DNA of 62,982 bases, filler included, from Reticulomyxa filosa (taxonomy: Eukaryota; Protista; Foraminifera), in the NCBI GenBank assembly GCA_000512085.1. It is 12 parts of 12 records of this genome, joined end to end, with 100 filler letters (N's around TTAATTAATTAA, not from the genome) between each part and the next. Parts side by side here need not be neighbours in the genome. Positions count along the whole stretch, not along the records: positions 49,022 to 50,212 come from ASPP01001257.1; positions 50,313 to 52,251 come from ASPP01023477.1; positions 52,352 to 55,502 come from ASPP01040866.1; positions 55,603 to 57,094 come from ASPP01019165.1; positions 57,195 to 58,979 come from ASPP01033882.1; positions 59,080 to 60,086 come from ASPP01004403.1; positions 60,187 to 62,982 come from ASPP01009064.1; 5 more parts are not named here. One strand, 5' to 3'. Below the pieces are notes generated by a model, which had not been told where the DNA came from, ran no database searches, and saw nothing but the letters and a program-made list of their open reading frames with translations. The translations under genes and the position numbers were made by a program. Positions 49,517 through 62,320 of the stretch are shown here, one piece after another (positions within the stretch are counted from its first letter, which is position 1; every line of letters begins with the position of its first letter).

Positions 49517-50212
49517 TTTTTTTTTTAGCAAGAATGAGACCTTTCCAAGTTAAAATGAGCACCTCGTCCCAAAAGGGACACAGTACTCTAATAAAAGCAA
49601 ACAAAAAAAAGGAAAAGAGCAACAAAACATATCAAAAACTTAAGTTTTAATTTAATCTTTAAAATATCAAAAAAAAACAAATAAAATCTCAAAAGTTGTA
49701 TGGCGAGATCAATCAACAGTTGTAACCCAAAATGGACATTCGAAACAAAATAATATTAACAAGAATAGCGAACAAAATTAAGACAATTTTTTATTAAAGC
49801 AATATCAACAGCATTCACATCTTTTCTTGAATAATAAGTGTTTAAACTTATTTTTTGTTTTAGTTTGCTTTAATTTGTTAAAAGAGGTGAATCTCAATAT
49901 TTCCATGAGACTTCAACACTTCGAAAACAAGGCTCAGAGGATTCGGTTGAGCATTTGCATTGCTCCTGTAATTCCCCCTGACCATTCCACAGCCAATTTG
50001 TTTTTACAACTGTTGATTGATCTCGCCATACAACTTTTGAGATTTTATTTGTTTTTTTTTTGATATTTTAAAGATTAAATTAAAACTTAAGTTTTTGATA
50101 TGTTTTGTTGCTCTTTTCCTTTTTTTTGTTTGCTTTTATTAGAGTACTGTGTCCCTTTTGGGACGAGGTGCTCATTTTAACTTGGAAAGGTCTCATTCTT
50201 GCTAAAAAAAAA
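49517..50212. repeat. Two near-identical ~209-bp poly(A)-tailed elements head-to-head (49517-49725 minus, 50004-50212 plus)
   Basis: TTACAACTGTTGATTGATCTCGCC...GTCCCTTTTGGGAC...TCTCATTCTTGCT(A)n occurs on both strands. Confidence 0.9.
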
Positions 50213-50312
50213 NNNNNNNNNNNNNNNNNNNNNNNNNNNNNNNNNNNNNNNNNNNNTTAATTAATTAANNNNNNNNNNNNNNNNNNNNNNNNNNNNNNNN
50301 NNNNNNNNNNNN
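50213..50312. other. Artificial contig spacer
   Basis: N44-TTAATTAATTAA-N44. Confidence 0.98.
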
Positions 50313-50340
50313 GGGGGGGGGGAGGGGAGGAAAAAAAAGT

Positions 50341-51756
50341 TCAGTGAGTAAGCAAGAACTGAATAAACTCATCAAAGTGGTCCGAGTTCCATCCCTTTTC
50401 AGCAATCTCACTGGACCTGACGAACCAGCCATTTTGTTTGACATCGACAATGACATGTGTGGTGGGTAGTAGTCTTCTTTCTGCAATATCGTGTTTGTGT
50501 TGTGCCAAGAACTTCCAAGGCCCGATATCGGGCAGGTAGGCACGCTTTGCCTTGTTCGCAATGGCAGCATGCAGACAAAAAGAAGAAGTGCCACAAATGA
50601 GATGCGGCGCATAAATCATCATGGCAAAATCGTTGACAATATCGTTGTTCATTACTTCAAACACAACACCTTGGTACCGATCGCTGAGTGCATTTCGAAT
50701 TTCCCATACCAATCGGCGGCATTGTTCTATGCTGTCTATTTCACGGCGAAGATGAGCACCCTCCTTTGCAATTTGCGATAAAATGTACACCGTTTGTTGT
50801 TGTTGTTGTTGTTTCTGTTTGGATGGTCGTTGTTGTTGTTGTTTCTGTTTGGATGATCGTTGTTGTTGCTGTTGTTGTTGTTGTTGTTGTTGTTGTTGAA
50901 GAATACCATCAAGAATGAAAGTGTAATACTTCATCGTCATAAAATGATACAAGTCATGTCCATGATTTAAAATGTCTCCACAGCGCAAATGAATTACAAC
51001 ATCATTGTTACCATTTCTTTTTTTTTTGCCAAAGGGGGTGGAGATATAAAAAAAAAAATTTTTTTTTTTCCTCCCTTTTTTTTTTTTTTATAAAAATTTT
51101 TAATTATTAAACTGGCTAAATTTTTCCTGGAAAATCGCTTGTTGATCAGTGTGAATGCGGAAATATTGCTGCAGGGCATAATCGGTTTCGTTGATGATGA
51201 CGCTCATAAAGTGCTCGTTGTAGTAGGCGATGAGCTGCGAAATGACGTGCGAGTACCTCGTTTCATCCTCGGCGCTGAGGTCCACTTCCACTTCTTCCAA
51301 CTGTCGTTTGAAGTGCATATAGTCGCTTCTCTCGTCCACCATGTTCATATCGTTGCTCACGCTCGAAAACAACACTTTCGTCGGCAGGTACTGCAGATAT
51401 GTGTTTGACACTTTTGGAAACCAAGATAGCCATGTCGCGTGACGCAAGTCAAAGTTCTTGCCTTGCCAATATGCTATCGCCCGTCCATACCAATAGATTG
51501 ATAAAATGTTCCCGAGACCTGCGTTGCGGTGGATTGGCGCCAGGCGAAAGGAACTTGTTGTCACGCTCTCTCCAGATATTACATACAGTCGCTCATGAAA
51601 ACATAACAACAAGTTGTCCGAAAATATTGCCACAAGTATCAGCGTCGCCAAACAACAACACAGAAAACGCCAGACGAAGCGACGCGAGATCTTATTAAAC
51701 CAAAATAAAAAATATCTATGACTTGATCGAGAGGGAAATTGGAATATTGGCAACAT
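50341..51756 (-). CDS. Type II membrane glycosyltransferase, GT11/alpha-1,2-fucosyltransferase-like, with internal poly-Gln; one intron ~51110-51010
   Basis: N-terminal TM anchor, AGLGNILS, VIHLRCGD, DFAMMIYAPHLICGTSSFCLHAA (GT11/GT23 motifs). Confidence 0.7.
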
Positions 51757-52251
51757 GGCACACAATCATAGATTTAGTTGTATTATTTTGGATAATTTAA
51801 TAAATAAGGGGAGGATCAACACATTCTTTTCAAAAAAAAAAAAAACAACAAAAAAACTATGAATGAAATTTAGCTTTTATTAGTGCATTATAAACTATAA
51901 TCACACAATGTTTGTTCTTTCCAACAATTAAATGACCTAAAGAGGTACAACTGCATATATTACAACGTGAAAGCGCATTTCGAATCAATGATTGCAATTG
52001 AAGAAGGAGAGGGGGGGGAAAAAAAAAAGGAGAAGAAATTCTAAACAGTTGCCAACAAATGTAGTATTTATGAGTTTTTAATAAAATGCAAACCATTTAA
52101 AAAAAAAGGATGTTTCGGTGTCGTATTAAAACGTGCAAGAGTGAGAAGGGAGGGGGGGGGGAGGGGAAAAAAAAGCCACATTCATATACTAAAGTACAAT
52201 CAGCCAAAGATGAGAAAAAATAGGGTTACAATATACAAAAAAAAAAAAAAA

Positions 52252-52351
52252 NNNNNNNNNNNNNNNNNNNNNNNNNNNNNNNNNNNNNNNNNNNNTTAAT
52301 TAATTAANNNNNNNNNNNNNNNNNNNNNNNNNNNNNNNNNNNNNNNNNNNN
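52252..52351. other. Artificial contig spacer
   Basis: N44-TTAATTAATTAA-N44. Confidence 0.98.
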
Positions 52352-52361
52352 GGGGGGGGGT

Positions 52362-52397
<36 letters not shown>

Positions 52398-52427
52398 GTC
52401 TTTCAAACTTATTTAAACAAAGCAAAC

Positions 52428-53005
52428 CTCCAGAAGAAAAGTCATCATCGCTCGAAGCGGGCTGACGACCACCATCTTCCCAAGCACTGCTTTCGCTGTC
52501 GTCGTGCAGCAACGAACGCATGGCCTTAGACCTGTTTCGGTCCGTTTTCGCTTTGATATCGGCTTGTATGGTCACTTGCTTCTTTTTCTCTTCCAACATT
52601 TCGCGCATGCTCTCCAAGAAGAAAACCCCTTCGTCGGTGATCTTTTCGCTGACGTCGTACTGATGTTTTTCGCAAAAGTCGTGAATGAAGCACGCCTCCT
52701 CTTCGCTCACGTCTTGGTTTATCGTTTGCTTGAATTGTCTTATTACTATTTATTTATTTATTTTTTTTTTTTTTTTAGTATGTTTGGTTTGGCTCTGCAC
52801 TTTTTGACACATGCAACACAAACAACTCCATGTTCGCAACTCTCATTCAATCGCAGTCGCCGTTGCTTCGCTAAGCCTTCCTGCCAATCATTCTTCTGAG
52901 ATTGCAGTCGTTGTGCCAGCAGCGCCTTTAGTCAATATTTGTTTGTGTGTCCGACACATAACTTTTTTACTTTTCATTTTTTGCAAAACATTGGATGCAA
53001 TCAAG

Positions 53006-53036
<31 letters not shown>

Positions 53037-54035
53037 TGTGTTAAGATAATCAACTTTCTGCTCTTCTGTCAAGTCGTTATCGTCAAAACCAAATCCATCC
53101 AATTTCATTTCTGACTCCGATTCGGATCCAGATGCGGACTCGGACTCTGTGTTGCAAGTTTTGTGATCCTCCGCTGCTGGTGTCTCATTCGAGTTTGAAC
53201 CACCATCGGCCTTGTATATTTTTGTTGTTATTTATCCATTCACATTCCAATGGTTATTTTGTATAAGGAGGAACAAAAGTAAACAATTTAAAATAAATAA
53301 ATAAAGTTTTTTTTTTTTTTTTTGCTTTGTTGGGATACTCCTCAAAAAAAAAAAAAAAAATTTTGTATAAACTTCTTTGACAGGAACGGCAATCGAATTA
53401 GTCAACACCTTTGTGCTTTCTCCCTCACTTTCAGTCAGGTCATCCAAGTCGATGATATCGCTCGATCTGTTCTTTGCCTTGCTCGAGCTTGCGGTAACAG
53501 CTGGATTTGGCTCAGATGGGCTAGTGATTTCGCACGACGGACAGATGAATATTTCCTTCGGGATTTTTATCCGTGTCAATTCCTTGTCATTGTATTTGCG
53601 ACTGTCGTATTTGCACAGACATTCGAAATGCCAATATCTCGGACAACTATCATTCGAACATTTCACCGAACCACCGACCATATCGTCGTTCTTGCAACAA
53701 CCCCATTCCCATTTTTCCTCTATGCTTGATTGCGCTAAGGCCGTTGCCACTTTGTCGCTCTTCTTTTTTGTATCTTCGTTTGCTTCACTCACCTCCGTTG
53801 TCGTGTTCAACTCTTCCTCTATGTTTTTTGCTTCGTCATCAGTCTTCTTCGCGACTGCCTTTTTTTTTGTTGTTGTTGTTGTTGTTGTCATTGTTATTGT
53901 CTTGTTTTTAATCTTGGAAATGCAAAAGGCAGGATGATAAAAAAAAATAATAAATCAAAAAAACAGTCTTGCAGAACGGCGTTTCCGCACTTTTGTTCGT
54001 TTTTGTACCTTTCTTGAACTCCGTCGACGACCCAT
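52428..54035 (-). CDS. PHD-finger nuclear protein, multi-exon, 3'-truncated
   Basis: Basic start MGRRRSSRKVQKR at 54035; CCKNDD...VKCSNDSCPRYWHFECL...FICPSC (C4HC3); acidic low-complexity exons downstream. Confidence 0.7.
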
Positions 54036-54843
54036 ACTACGAAAAAATTTTTAGCTAAATCAATGCTAGATTCTATAAATTCCGAAAATGAGAATGGTGG
54101 CGTATCTTTGGTTTTAGTTCATCATACAAAAGTTTTCTCTTCCTTCGCCCCTTTGTAATTTTTTTCTTGTTTTCTTTTTTTTGAGGGGAATATCACTGTC
54201 ATTGTCCTCAACTAGTTTTAAATTACTTCAGTTAGCACGTTCTTTTCTCTTATCCCAAACAAAATGATAATTGTAAGGAATAAAAATTTAAACGCATGTT
54301 GTAGATTCAAGTTTTAAAAATAAAAAGGACTTGTGTTGAAATAAGCTATATTTATTGTAATATTTGTCTTAGACATCACTGGTTTGATACAATTACGAAG
54401 TGATTTTCACGAGTACATGTACAACGCTGACAATTCACAGCTTAAAATGTTATTTACTTTTATATGCTATTGAAACGTATCTAAAATGTAGCATAATTCT
54501 GTTTGATCGCTTCAATTGTGTTCAGGGGTGTCCATTCTTCTGGACTACATGCAAAAGAGGTCGAAGTTAAAGTAATAATATCTCTCAGTAAACCATGGAA
54601 TCTCGTGAACTCTTTGTTCGCTTCATTTTGACTAATTTTCTCATTGAGGATTTGGTAATATATTTTTAAATGACTTTCAAAATTAAAAAAGGCAAAAAAG
54701 AGGGTCATGGACAGTGCAAAAAAAAGCACATTATGTTTCAACAAATAAAATAAGAAAATGACACTTTACACACGCACATGCTTAAAATGTACAACATCTC
54801 CAAAAAAAATAGACAATATCAAAAAAGCAAAAAAAACACAAAA

Positions 54844-55460
54844 TTATGTATGGCCATTGTGTTTGTTTCGTGCTAAATGTACTTCAACCGTTTGTCTAAC
54901 TTCATCCCAGTAATCAACAAAGGACTTTCTGACATCAGTGATTATGGAGTGACTCAAATGTCGCAGATTGGAAAACACACTCCAGCTCTGATTTTCGTTA
55001 TGCGCATCACGTGAAAAGCGTGATGGATTATTGCTTTCGCACGTGGAATCATCACTAGAGGTTTCGTTGTCATCTCTGTCGTGATCCGATGGTTTCGAGA
55101 CGTTGGGCCGGCCCATCACAGTCCAAACGCTGGACAAATAGGAGCGGACATACTCTTGAGTGTTGGTGGCACGTTCAATTGGATGGGGAGAAGGACGGTC
55201 CATGGTCGCATGAAGTAAGTCATTCCCCATGTTGGGATCGATATATACGGGAGAGGAGGCGTCGACAAAGTCTCCGCAAATAATGCCTAAAAACTCACGA
55301 AAATATTCGTGTTCATCCAGACAGGCCATTGTTTTGCTCCATTCCTCCAGCCCAACTTGGACGAGTTCCATTTTTTCAGAGTCGTTTGTGTCCATGTACT
55401 TCTCTGCCTCTTCGCCTAATTTCATCAATTGATTATAACTTTGCATCAACAACACCATAA
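54844..55460 (-). CDS. Last exon of an unknown protein (5' part lost at the contig end)
   Basis: 204-aa ORF preceded by a TAG acceptor; no recognisable motif. Confidence 0.5.
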
Positions 55461-55502
55461 CCTATATCATTCATAGATCATTACAAAAAAAAAAAAAAAA
55501 AA

Positions 55503-55602
55503 NNNNNNNNNNNNNNNNNNNNNNNNNNNNNNNNNNNNNNNNNNNNTTAATTAATTAANNNNNNNNNNNNNNNNNNNNNNNNNNNNNNNNNNNNNNNNNN
55601 NN
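55503..55602. other. Artificial contig spacer
   Basis: N44-TTAATTAATTAA-N44. Confidence 0.98.
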
Positions 55603-56400
55603 GCAGATAATTTACATATTTTGAGAATTGGGCGAAAGTGGCACAGTTAATAATCGAATGGAGAGTTTGCCCCGATGCCCAGGCCATTGCATATAAGGCT
55701 AGATTATTGCCATCACCAAACCGGATAAAAAGAACAGGGCCTAAATTCTGCAAATGTCTAGTCCAGTGCGGCATTCATTGCATCAGCTCTAACAGCGAGC
55801 CAACAATTAACATTGATCCATTCCCATATCCAAAACGTTGAATGGACATCAATCCGAGGTTGAAGGTGCCATTACTCATTACAATAAAAATACACAGCCA
55901 CAATAACATCATTGACTGGGCCTTCATTCTAAACCAAGTTCGCACGTATACAAAGCTAGCTTCGTGATAAAATGACCCCAGAACACAGCACATTGGTTAA
56001 GACGATATCCAAGCCACATGCATCTAGTTTTCTCAATGCTCGCCCCAGCAAATTCCAGCGCTCGTTCTTCGACAACTGCGAGTTTCGTTCATCGCTGCGT
56101 TTCGCCTGGGACAAAGGCATACCTTCAATACCAAGTGCTAATCAAATCCCGCTTGCACAACACCAATGGATAAGTATTGCAACCATGCTTTGTGTTGCCC
56201 GCCATGATGGAGTAGCCACTTGAATTTCCGACAATTAAAGCGAGCCTGTATTCCACACGAGAGTGAGGTAGCATAGACCAGACGATATAAGTTTGAAATG
56301 GTTTTGAGATAAATTCGACATGAAATGCCTGGACGTGGGAATTACCAACCAGAACATTATCTATCAAGACACACAGAGCAAACAACAAGGACAATTGAGC
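55603..56400 (-). pseudogene. Disrupted multi-pass membrane protein, possibly MFS-like
   Basis: Hydrophobic segments (PSWRATQSMVAIL; MMLLWLCIFIVMSNG...IQRFGYGNGSMLIVG; LALYAMAWASG) are split across frames by stops and frameshifts. Confidence 0.35.
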
Positions 56401-57094
56401 ATTAGAAAGATATTATATATTGAAAGTAACTAAGCACCGGCTCCTCTGCAAACATGCAAATAAATCGTATACTTGAACGAGATTACCATCATCAAAATAT
56501 AACATATAATTATTATTATCTTGTAATAATTGTTGTAGGTCATGCATATCGGTATATGCATTAATACATTTATTAATTCGTCCAAGCTTCCTCAATTTGA
56601 TTGCAAAGATATCAAGATAGTATCAAAAGAAAACAAAAATACTTAAAATAAACTCTATTCATCAAGTTTGATCCCCTTTTGTTTTTACCAAATTTACAAT
56701 TGTTAATTTTTTTGTTTTTGGTATAATTGTTTCAATATAAAAACAAAATGATATATATTTTTTCATATAATATGAGTTGCGCTTTTTCGTTTTATGGATA
56801 AGCAAAGATTATGACAAGTGCAGAAAATTAAGTAGTTTGTGTTATATTAATAGTTGACATTTTGGGTCATGCTTTATAATATATATATTTCTTTTTCCTA
56901 ATGCTTGTTTTTCCATTTGTGAGAACTTTTATGAAAACTGTCTAGTATATTTTTATATCACTAGCTATACTCTTCATAGAGCTCGCATCCTTGAAAATTG
57001 TAACGCTACTATTGAATGGCGACCATGCAAGAAGGATAGTCGGCTCCATAGTCTACACTAGTTCTCTTCATAGTGTAGCTGCTGTATTATAAGG

Positions 57095-57194
57095 NNNNNN
57101 NNNNNNNNNNNNNNNNNNNNNNNNNNNNNNNNNNNNNNTTAATTAATTAANNNNNNNNNNNNNNNNNNNNNNNNNNNNNNNNNNNNNNNNNNNN
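57095..57194. other. Artificial contig spacer
   Basis: N44-TTAATTAATTAA-N44. Confidence 0.98.
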
Positions 57195-58172
57195 TGTTTG
57201 GGGATAAAAATTTATTTCATTTTTTTTTCTAACAAAAAGAGGATATTGTATATTTTCTCTATGTACTTGTAATATAATCACAAATCAATGAAATGAGGCA
57301 AAAAAAAATTTTGTCCATATCGCCATATTACAAAATTTTATTCATCCCAAATATGAATTGGATCATAACATAAATTAACATTGTTTAATTTCTTTTTTAA
57401 TGACATAAATTTAAAACATATTATTTCTTTATCTTTTTCATCTCCTTTAATTACATTTGAAACTGGTTATTGTGGTAATGAGTCGACAAATGCACCAAAG
57501 ATATACACAAACAACTCTGCAAGATAAATGAGTAGAATCGTCTGAAAAGTTTAAAAAAGAAAGACAAGGAAGGAAAAAAGTTGAATGAAGTTGAAAGAAA
57601 AGCGCATTTTTTGAAATTACATTATATCAATCTTAAATAAAAAAAAATGAAAATTACAATTTTTTTTCAAAACAATTTTGAGAGGATTATGTTATCCTTT
57701 TTTTTTATGCATGATGAAATAAATTAATGATTTTTGTCTAAATAACTCCTTCATTATCTTGAGGGAAAAAAAAATGTTTACTTATTTTTTCATCTTACAC
57801 AAATTATCTGATATTGAATTTGAATATTAAAAACATATGGATGTAGTATTTTTACAAAATACTAAATGATTTTTTGATGAATTTCAATCATTTTTTAAAA
57901 AAATTGATTAGCGCATATGCAATTTCTTATTCTTTTTTGATTCCTTTTAAAGTTGAATATGTTTCATGTTACTGTTGACTTTTTCTGATTTACAATATAA
58001 TAGAACACATATGCTACTTTATGAAGATAACCAATTTACTCCACGAAACAAACATTTGATCATAATTATTTTTAACAATATCTTGTTGCTTTTTAAATAA
58101 GTTTGTTATTAGTTTTTAGTTTAGAAATTTTGTGATCGTAAAGAAAAAGTACTATTTTCTTTAAAGTCAACT

Positions 58173-58284
58173 TTTTCTCAAAAATTTTCAAAAATCAATA
58201 AAATATTCAAATTTTTTAAACAATTAGGTCTAAATGTCGTTTCACATGAAGAAAATTCATCATCTCTATAAGATGCTGTTTTAG
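58173..58284 (+). repeat. Dispersed repeat, copy 2 (homologous to 42107-42290, lacking the 72-nt insert)
   Basis: Alignment by eye. Confidence 0.8.
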
Positions 58285-58415
58285 GTATTGAATTCTGTAA
58301 TGTTCTGCGAATGATAAACTTACAAACAAAAATGCAAATTTTCGGGCATTGAATAGAAAATTACATCTTATGTTCACACAAATGTACAAAAGAGATTATC
58401 CAAAAGATAAATGTG

Positions 58416-58979
58416 TCAAGTAAATGACTTCGAGAATTTGTCTCTGTATGCTTCCACAAAATCATTTCCATTTGCACCTCCTGCATTCCTGAGAACTTCC
58501 TCAGAGACTAGATTAGTCAATTGCCCTGAACCTCTATCTGAATTAATGTCCAACTGTTCGCATCGGCCATTTGTAGCCGTAGCTATAGCTGCAAAACCTT
58601 GTTTTGCAAAGGTTCCAATAAAAAAGGCATGAACTGGAACATCATGTTTTTTCAAACGATTAAGTTCATCTTCATAGTATGTTGGCTTAGAGAACAGCAA
58701 TGTTTTTTCCCAATAAGCTTCTTTGGATTTTCTTTTGGATTGTACATCTTCCCTTGTATTTACTGGAGCATCACCAATTAAAATAACCTGCGAAACTTCT
58801 CCTTTCTCAATTTCTCTATTGACATGAGCCAATCCAACTTCAATTGCCCCATTTCCTAGTCCATATTCTGATCTAATTTTGTCCATAAAATTGCGCAAGT
58901 TTTCAGGTTTCGATTCCCAAGGAGAACACTGCAGAAGTAAATCTTCTGGTGCATTATAATTACGATACACAACAAATTG
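58416..58979 (-). CDS. C-terminal von Willebrand factor A (vWA) domain of a 5'-truncated protein
   Basis: QFVVYRNY...LRNFMDKI...AIEVGL...VILIGDAP...LKKHDVPVHAFFI...FAAIATATNG. Confidence 0.78.
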   Translation of the reverse strand, partial: QFVVYRNYNAPEDLLLQCSPWESKPENLRNFMDKIRSEYGLGNGAIEVGLAHVNREIEKGEVSQVILIGDAPVNTREDVQSKRKSKEAYWEKTLLFSKPTYYEDELNRLKKHDVPVHAFFIGTFAKQGFAAIATATNGRCEQLDINSDRGSGQLTNLVSEEVLRNAGGANGNDFVEAYRDKFSKSFT

Positions 58980-59079
58980 NNNNNNNNNNNNNNNNNNNNN
59001 NNNNNNNNNNNNNNNNNNNNNNNTTAATTAATTAANNNNNNNNNNNNNNNNNNNNNNNNNNNNNNNNNNNNNNNNNNNN
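58980..59079. other. Artificial contig spacer
   Basis: N44-TTAATTAATTAA-N44. Confidence 0.98.
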
Positions 59080-59723
59080 TGCTTAGATGACAAAATAGAA
59101 ATAGAAATGGGTACGTTGTGATAAGAAAATATCAGATAATCCTTATTTCAATTTGTCCAATTGTATTATGTTATAATTTTATTAGTGTTTTGATAAAATT
59201 TGTAGTTTTACCTAATCGTTTATTTCTAAACATTAAATTAAAAATTTCAACTAACAAACTTCTTAAAATTGTGCAATCAATGCAACTTTATAACAACAAG
59301 AATAAAAAACATTAAAACCAATGTACAAATTAAAAGGTAAGCAACACATCAATTTCAGCTGAAACAACTGTTTCATTTGCTAGATATGACAAGTATGTAC
59401 ATAAAAAGCTGACAATATCAAGTTGTGAAATGGCTTTGAAGTTAATGGAGTAACGTGCAAAGTTTTTTAAATTTCATCAAAATTTTCTAACTTCAAGCGA
59501 CAACTTTCAAAATTGTATATTTATTTTGTTATATTTTGATATTTCATTTTTGAAAATATTTTATCAAAAGAAAATTTCACTTATTTTTTCTCAATTAATT
59601 ATTGATAAAGGTTATGTATGATATTCATGTCAAAAAGTTGTTTTCAACCGCTACCTTTTTTTTTTAGAAAAATATTGGATGCGAAAACAATATTTTGACA
59701 AGTAGTGAGAAAAAAATCAAAAA

Positions 59724-60086
59724 ATGTCCGTCGATGCAGGACAGCCAATCAAAATAAATAAAATATGCACGTATGAAAACAGCTCGCGTAAACGTATGGC
59801 GAGTTGCTTGCGAGAAGATGTGCATGGCAGGATCACGGAAAGAATAGAATACACACAATCATCAAAAAGGCGGAAATTGACCGCGAAGGAGGTGTCACGA
59901 AGAGTGCATTTACCAGAACACCACATCATAATGGTCGTCGAGCAACCATCCGGATTTGCTTGGTTTCGACGACAAAAAAGCGGTGGATCATCTCCTCTTC
60001 CTCTTGTAAACACAGCAGCGCCAGTAGCAATCACAACAATAGCAGTGGCACCAATAACAACAGCAACAACAGCAACAACAGCAACA
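59724..60086 (+). CDS. N-terminus of an unknown protein, truncated in a (CAA/CAG) repeat
   Basis: ATG after an A-rich leader, higher GC, NLS-like KRRK; open to the contig end. Confidence 0.45.
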
Positions 60087-60186
60087 NNNNNNNNNNNNNN
60101 NNNNNNNNNNNNNNNNNNNNNNNNNNNNNNTTAATTAATTAANNNNNNNNNNNNNNNNNNNNNNNNNNNNNNNNNNNNNNNNNNNN
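60087..60186. other. Artificial contig spacer
   Basis: N44-TTAATTAATTAA-N44. Confidence 0.98.
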
Positions 60187-60437
60187 GAGCTTGTTCAACT
60201 GTTCATAGATTTGAGCTTTCTTAAAAAAAACTTTTTCTTAGTCTAGAACTTTTTTTCCATCATCGTAAAAAAAATATTGATAAGTTTTTTGATAAAATAT
60301 TTTAATAAAAATAAGTTATTTTGATAAAATATGACCATTGAAATTTAAATTACAAACTTCTTTTTTTATGGATATTGTGCTGTTGGATAGTGGTAAAAAC
60401 TCTTTTTTTCTTTTCTTGGTGAGGTTGGAGTTCTCTA

Positions 60438-61310
60438 GTGTTCGCGTTGGACGTTGACCACGCTTTTCAATATTTACTCCCGAATAGCGCGCATGTCATT
60501 CAATTCAAAGTTGGCCGTTACAATTCCGCAATTCACAACAAGGCCACTTCTCACCAGCCAATCACTATCACCAATTATATTAACAATTTCACATGTGATC
60601 ACTCCGATTATCAAACAAAATATCGCACCAACTATTACACCAACAATCGCACCAACTCTAAGATCAATTACTATAATACAAATCGCGATCATAAATATCA
60701 AATGTCAAATTTATGGGTACAGCAGAATTCGCAAAAATAAAATAATGAATGTGGAGCATTGGATATTTGTGTTGCATCTTTCAGTTAATTTTTGTATTTG
60801 TTTCAATTAAAAAAATAAATAACCAAGAAAAGATTGATAAAAGTATGAAAAATTTTTTTTAATTTGTATATACATATACAAATATAAAATATAAACAGAC
60901 ATTGACATTGTTTATGCACAACATTGTGCTTGGACACTTGACAAAGTCCAAAACGGCGACATAAAAGCCAAGACAATGCGCGCACTAGTAGTTGGACCGT
61001 TGGTGCTGTTGGTATTGTGAGCTATGGCTTGGACTGTTTCAATAGTCCTGGTAGCATGTTGGCTTATGACGAGCCAGGTGTGAATGAGATATTATATATC
61101 CATGCACACTAATGCACCAGGTAATTGTTCGTACAAGTTGAAGAACTTGCAATAAGTGTTGGAAGGGAGTAATTGGCTGGTATTATGCTCCACTGGCCAT
61201 AATTTAATCGGATGGTGAACTCAATGTGTTGAACACATCTATGCCAACAATGGCCCACAAATGGAGAACGATAAATGGCCGACTTCTGCGCCCGCAGCAA
61301 CAAACAATAG
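60438..61310 (+). pseudogene. Decayed gene for a secreted-type protein with PT-rich repeats and Cys/Trp-rich segments
   Basis: IAPTITPTIAPT, WTVGAVGIVSYGLDCFNSPGSMLAYDEPG and PTSAPAAT, interrupted by stops. Confidence 0.35.
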
Positions 61311-62015
61311 TAAGCACACTAAACTATGACACGATCAATTAATATATATCAACAATTTACATGACATAAGTATATATATATACACTTTTTTTAATATGTA
61401 GAATTTTACACAAAAACAACGTATAACTTGATAAGGTATATGTCACTACATTATTGAAATATATATATATACAAGCTATCCAACAGTGATCCATTTGCAA
61501 CAAGAAGAAAAAGGGGTAGAAACCAACCCCGTCTCCGAAAGCAGCCCAAAAGGTTTGTTCTATCTTTTTTTTATATAAAAATATGTCAATACGTTGTGTG
61601 TTTGTGCACAGGAGTCCCCCGCATGAAACACGTTAACTGTATTTAACCCCCTCCACCAAAAAAAAACATTGGGGTCGAAGGCCATCCGGTGTGCAAAATA
61701 ATGAATAATGGTTTGTTATATTTTATATGTGTTTATCTTTCTTTTGTTAAAATAATGTGATTGTGTGCATATCATAAATAGGAATTCCCCTTCACAAAGA
61801 AAAAAATATTTGTATATTCTTTCGTCCCACCATACTCCACACAAAAAACAAAAATACGTTGTTTAGTGTTTGTAGCACAGTGAAAAAATTGAAGTGAAAT
61901 TTGAATTCTATTTTTACAGGTAAATATATTTTTTCTTGTGTTCTATAAAGACATAAAAAATAATTTTGTTGTTTGTGTAATATGTGTACCAGGATCCAAA
62001 AGAAAAAAAGAACTT

Positions 62016-62320
62016 TTAGAAAAAGTGATGGTGGGAAAAAATTGAGAAATAAAAAAGGGAGAAAAAAATAATAGAAAAGGAGGGGAAAAAAAATGGATGA
62101 TAGAAAAAGGAGAAAATAGAAAATTGAAAAAGGGGGGAAAAAAGGTATAATTGGAAAAAAAGGAGGGGAAAATAGAAATAAATTAGAAAAAAAAGATTAT
62201 TGAAAAAAATGGGAAAAAAAAATAAAAAGATGAACAAAAAAGAAAAAAAAATAAGAAAAAGAAAAAAATAGAGAAAAAAAATATGATAAAAAGAAGAAGA
62301 AAAAAAAAATAATGAAAACA
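62016..62320 (+). repeat. Purine-rich (A/G) low-complexity block
   Basis: Almost only A runs broken by G/T; may be low-quality sequence. Confidence 0.6.

Noticed and set aside
5867-60186. Eleven identical TTAATTAATTAA palindromes flanked by N runs, resembling a repeat array or regulatory motif
   Set aside because: They are synthetic six-frame-stop contig linkers. ORFs running into X residues and adjacency across them are meaningless.
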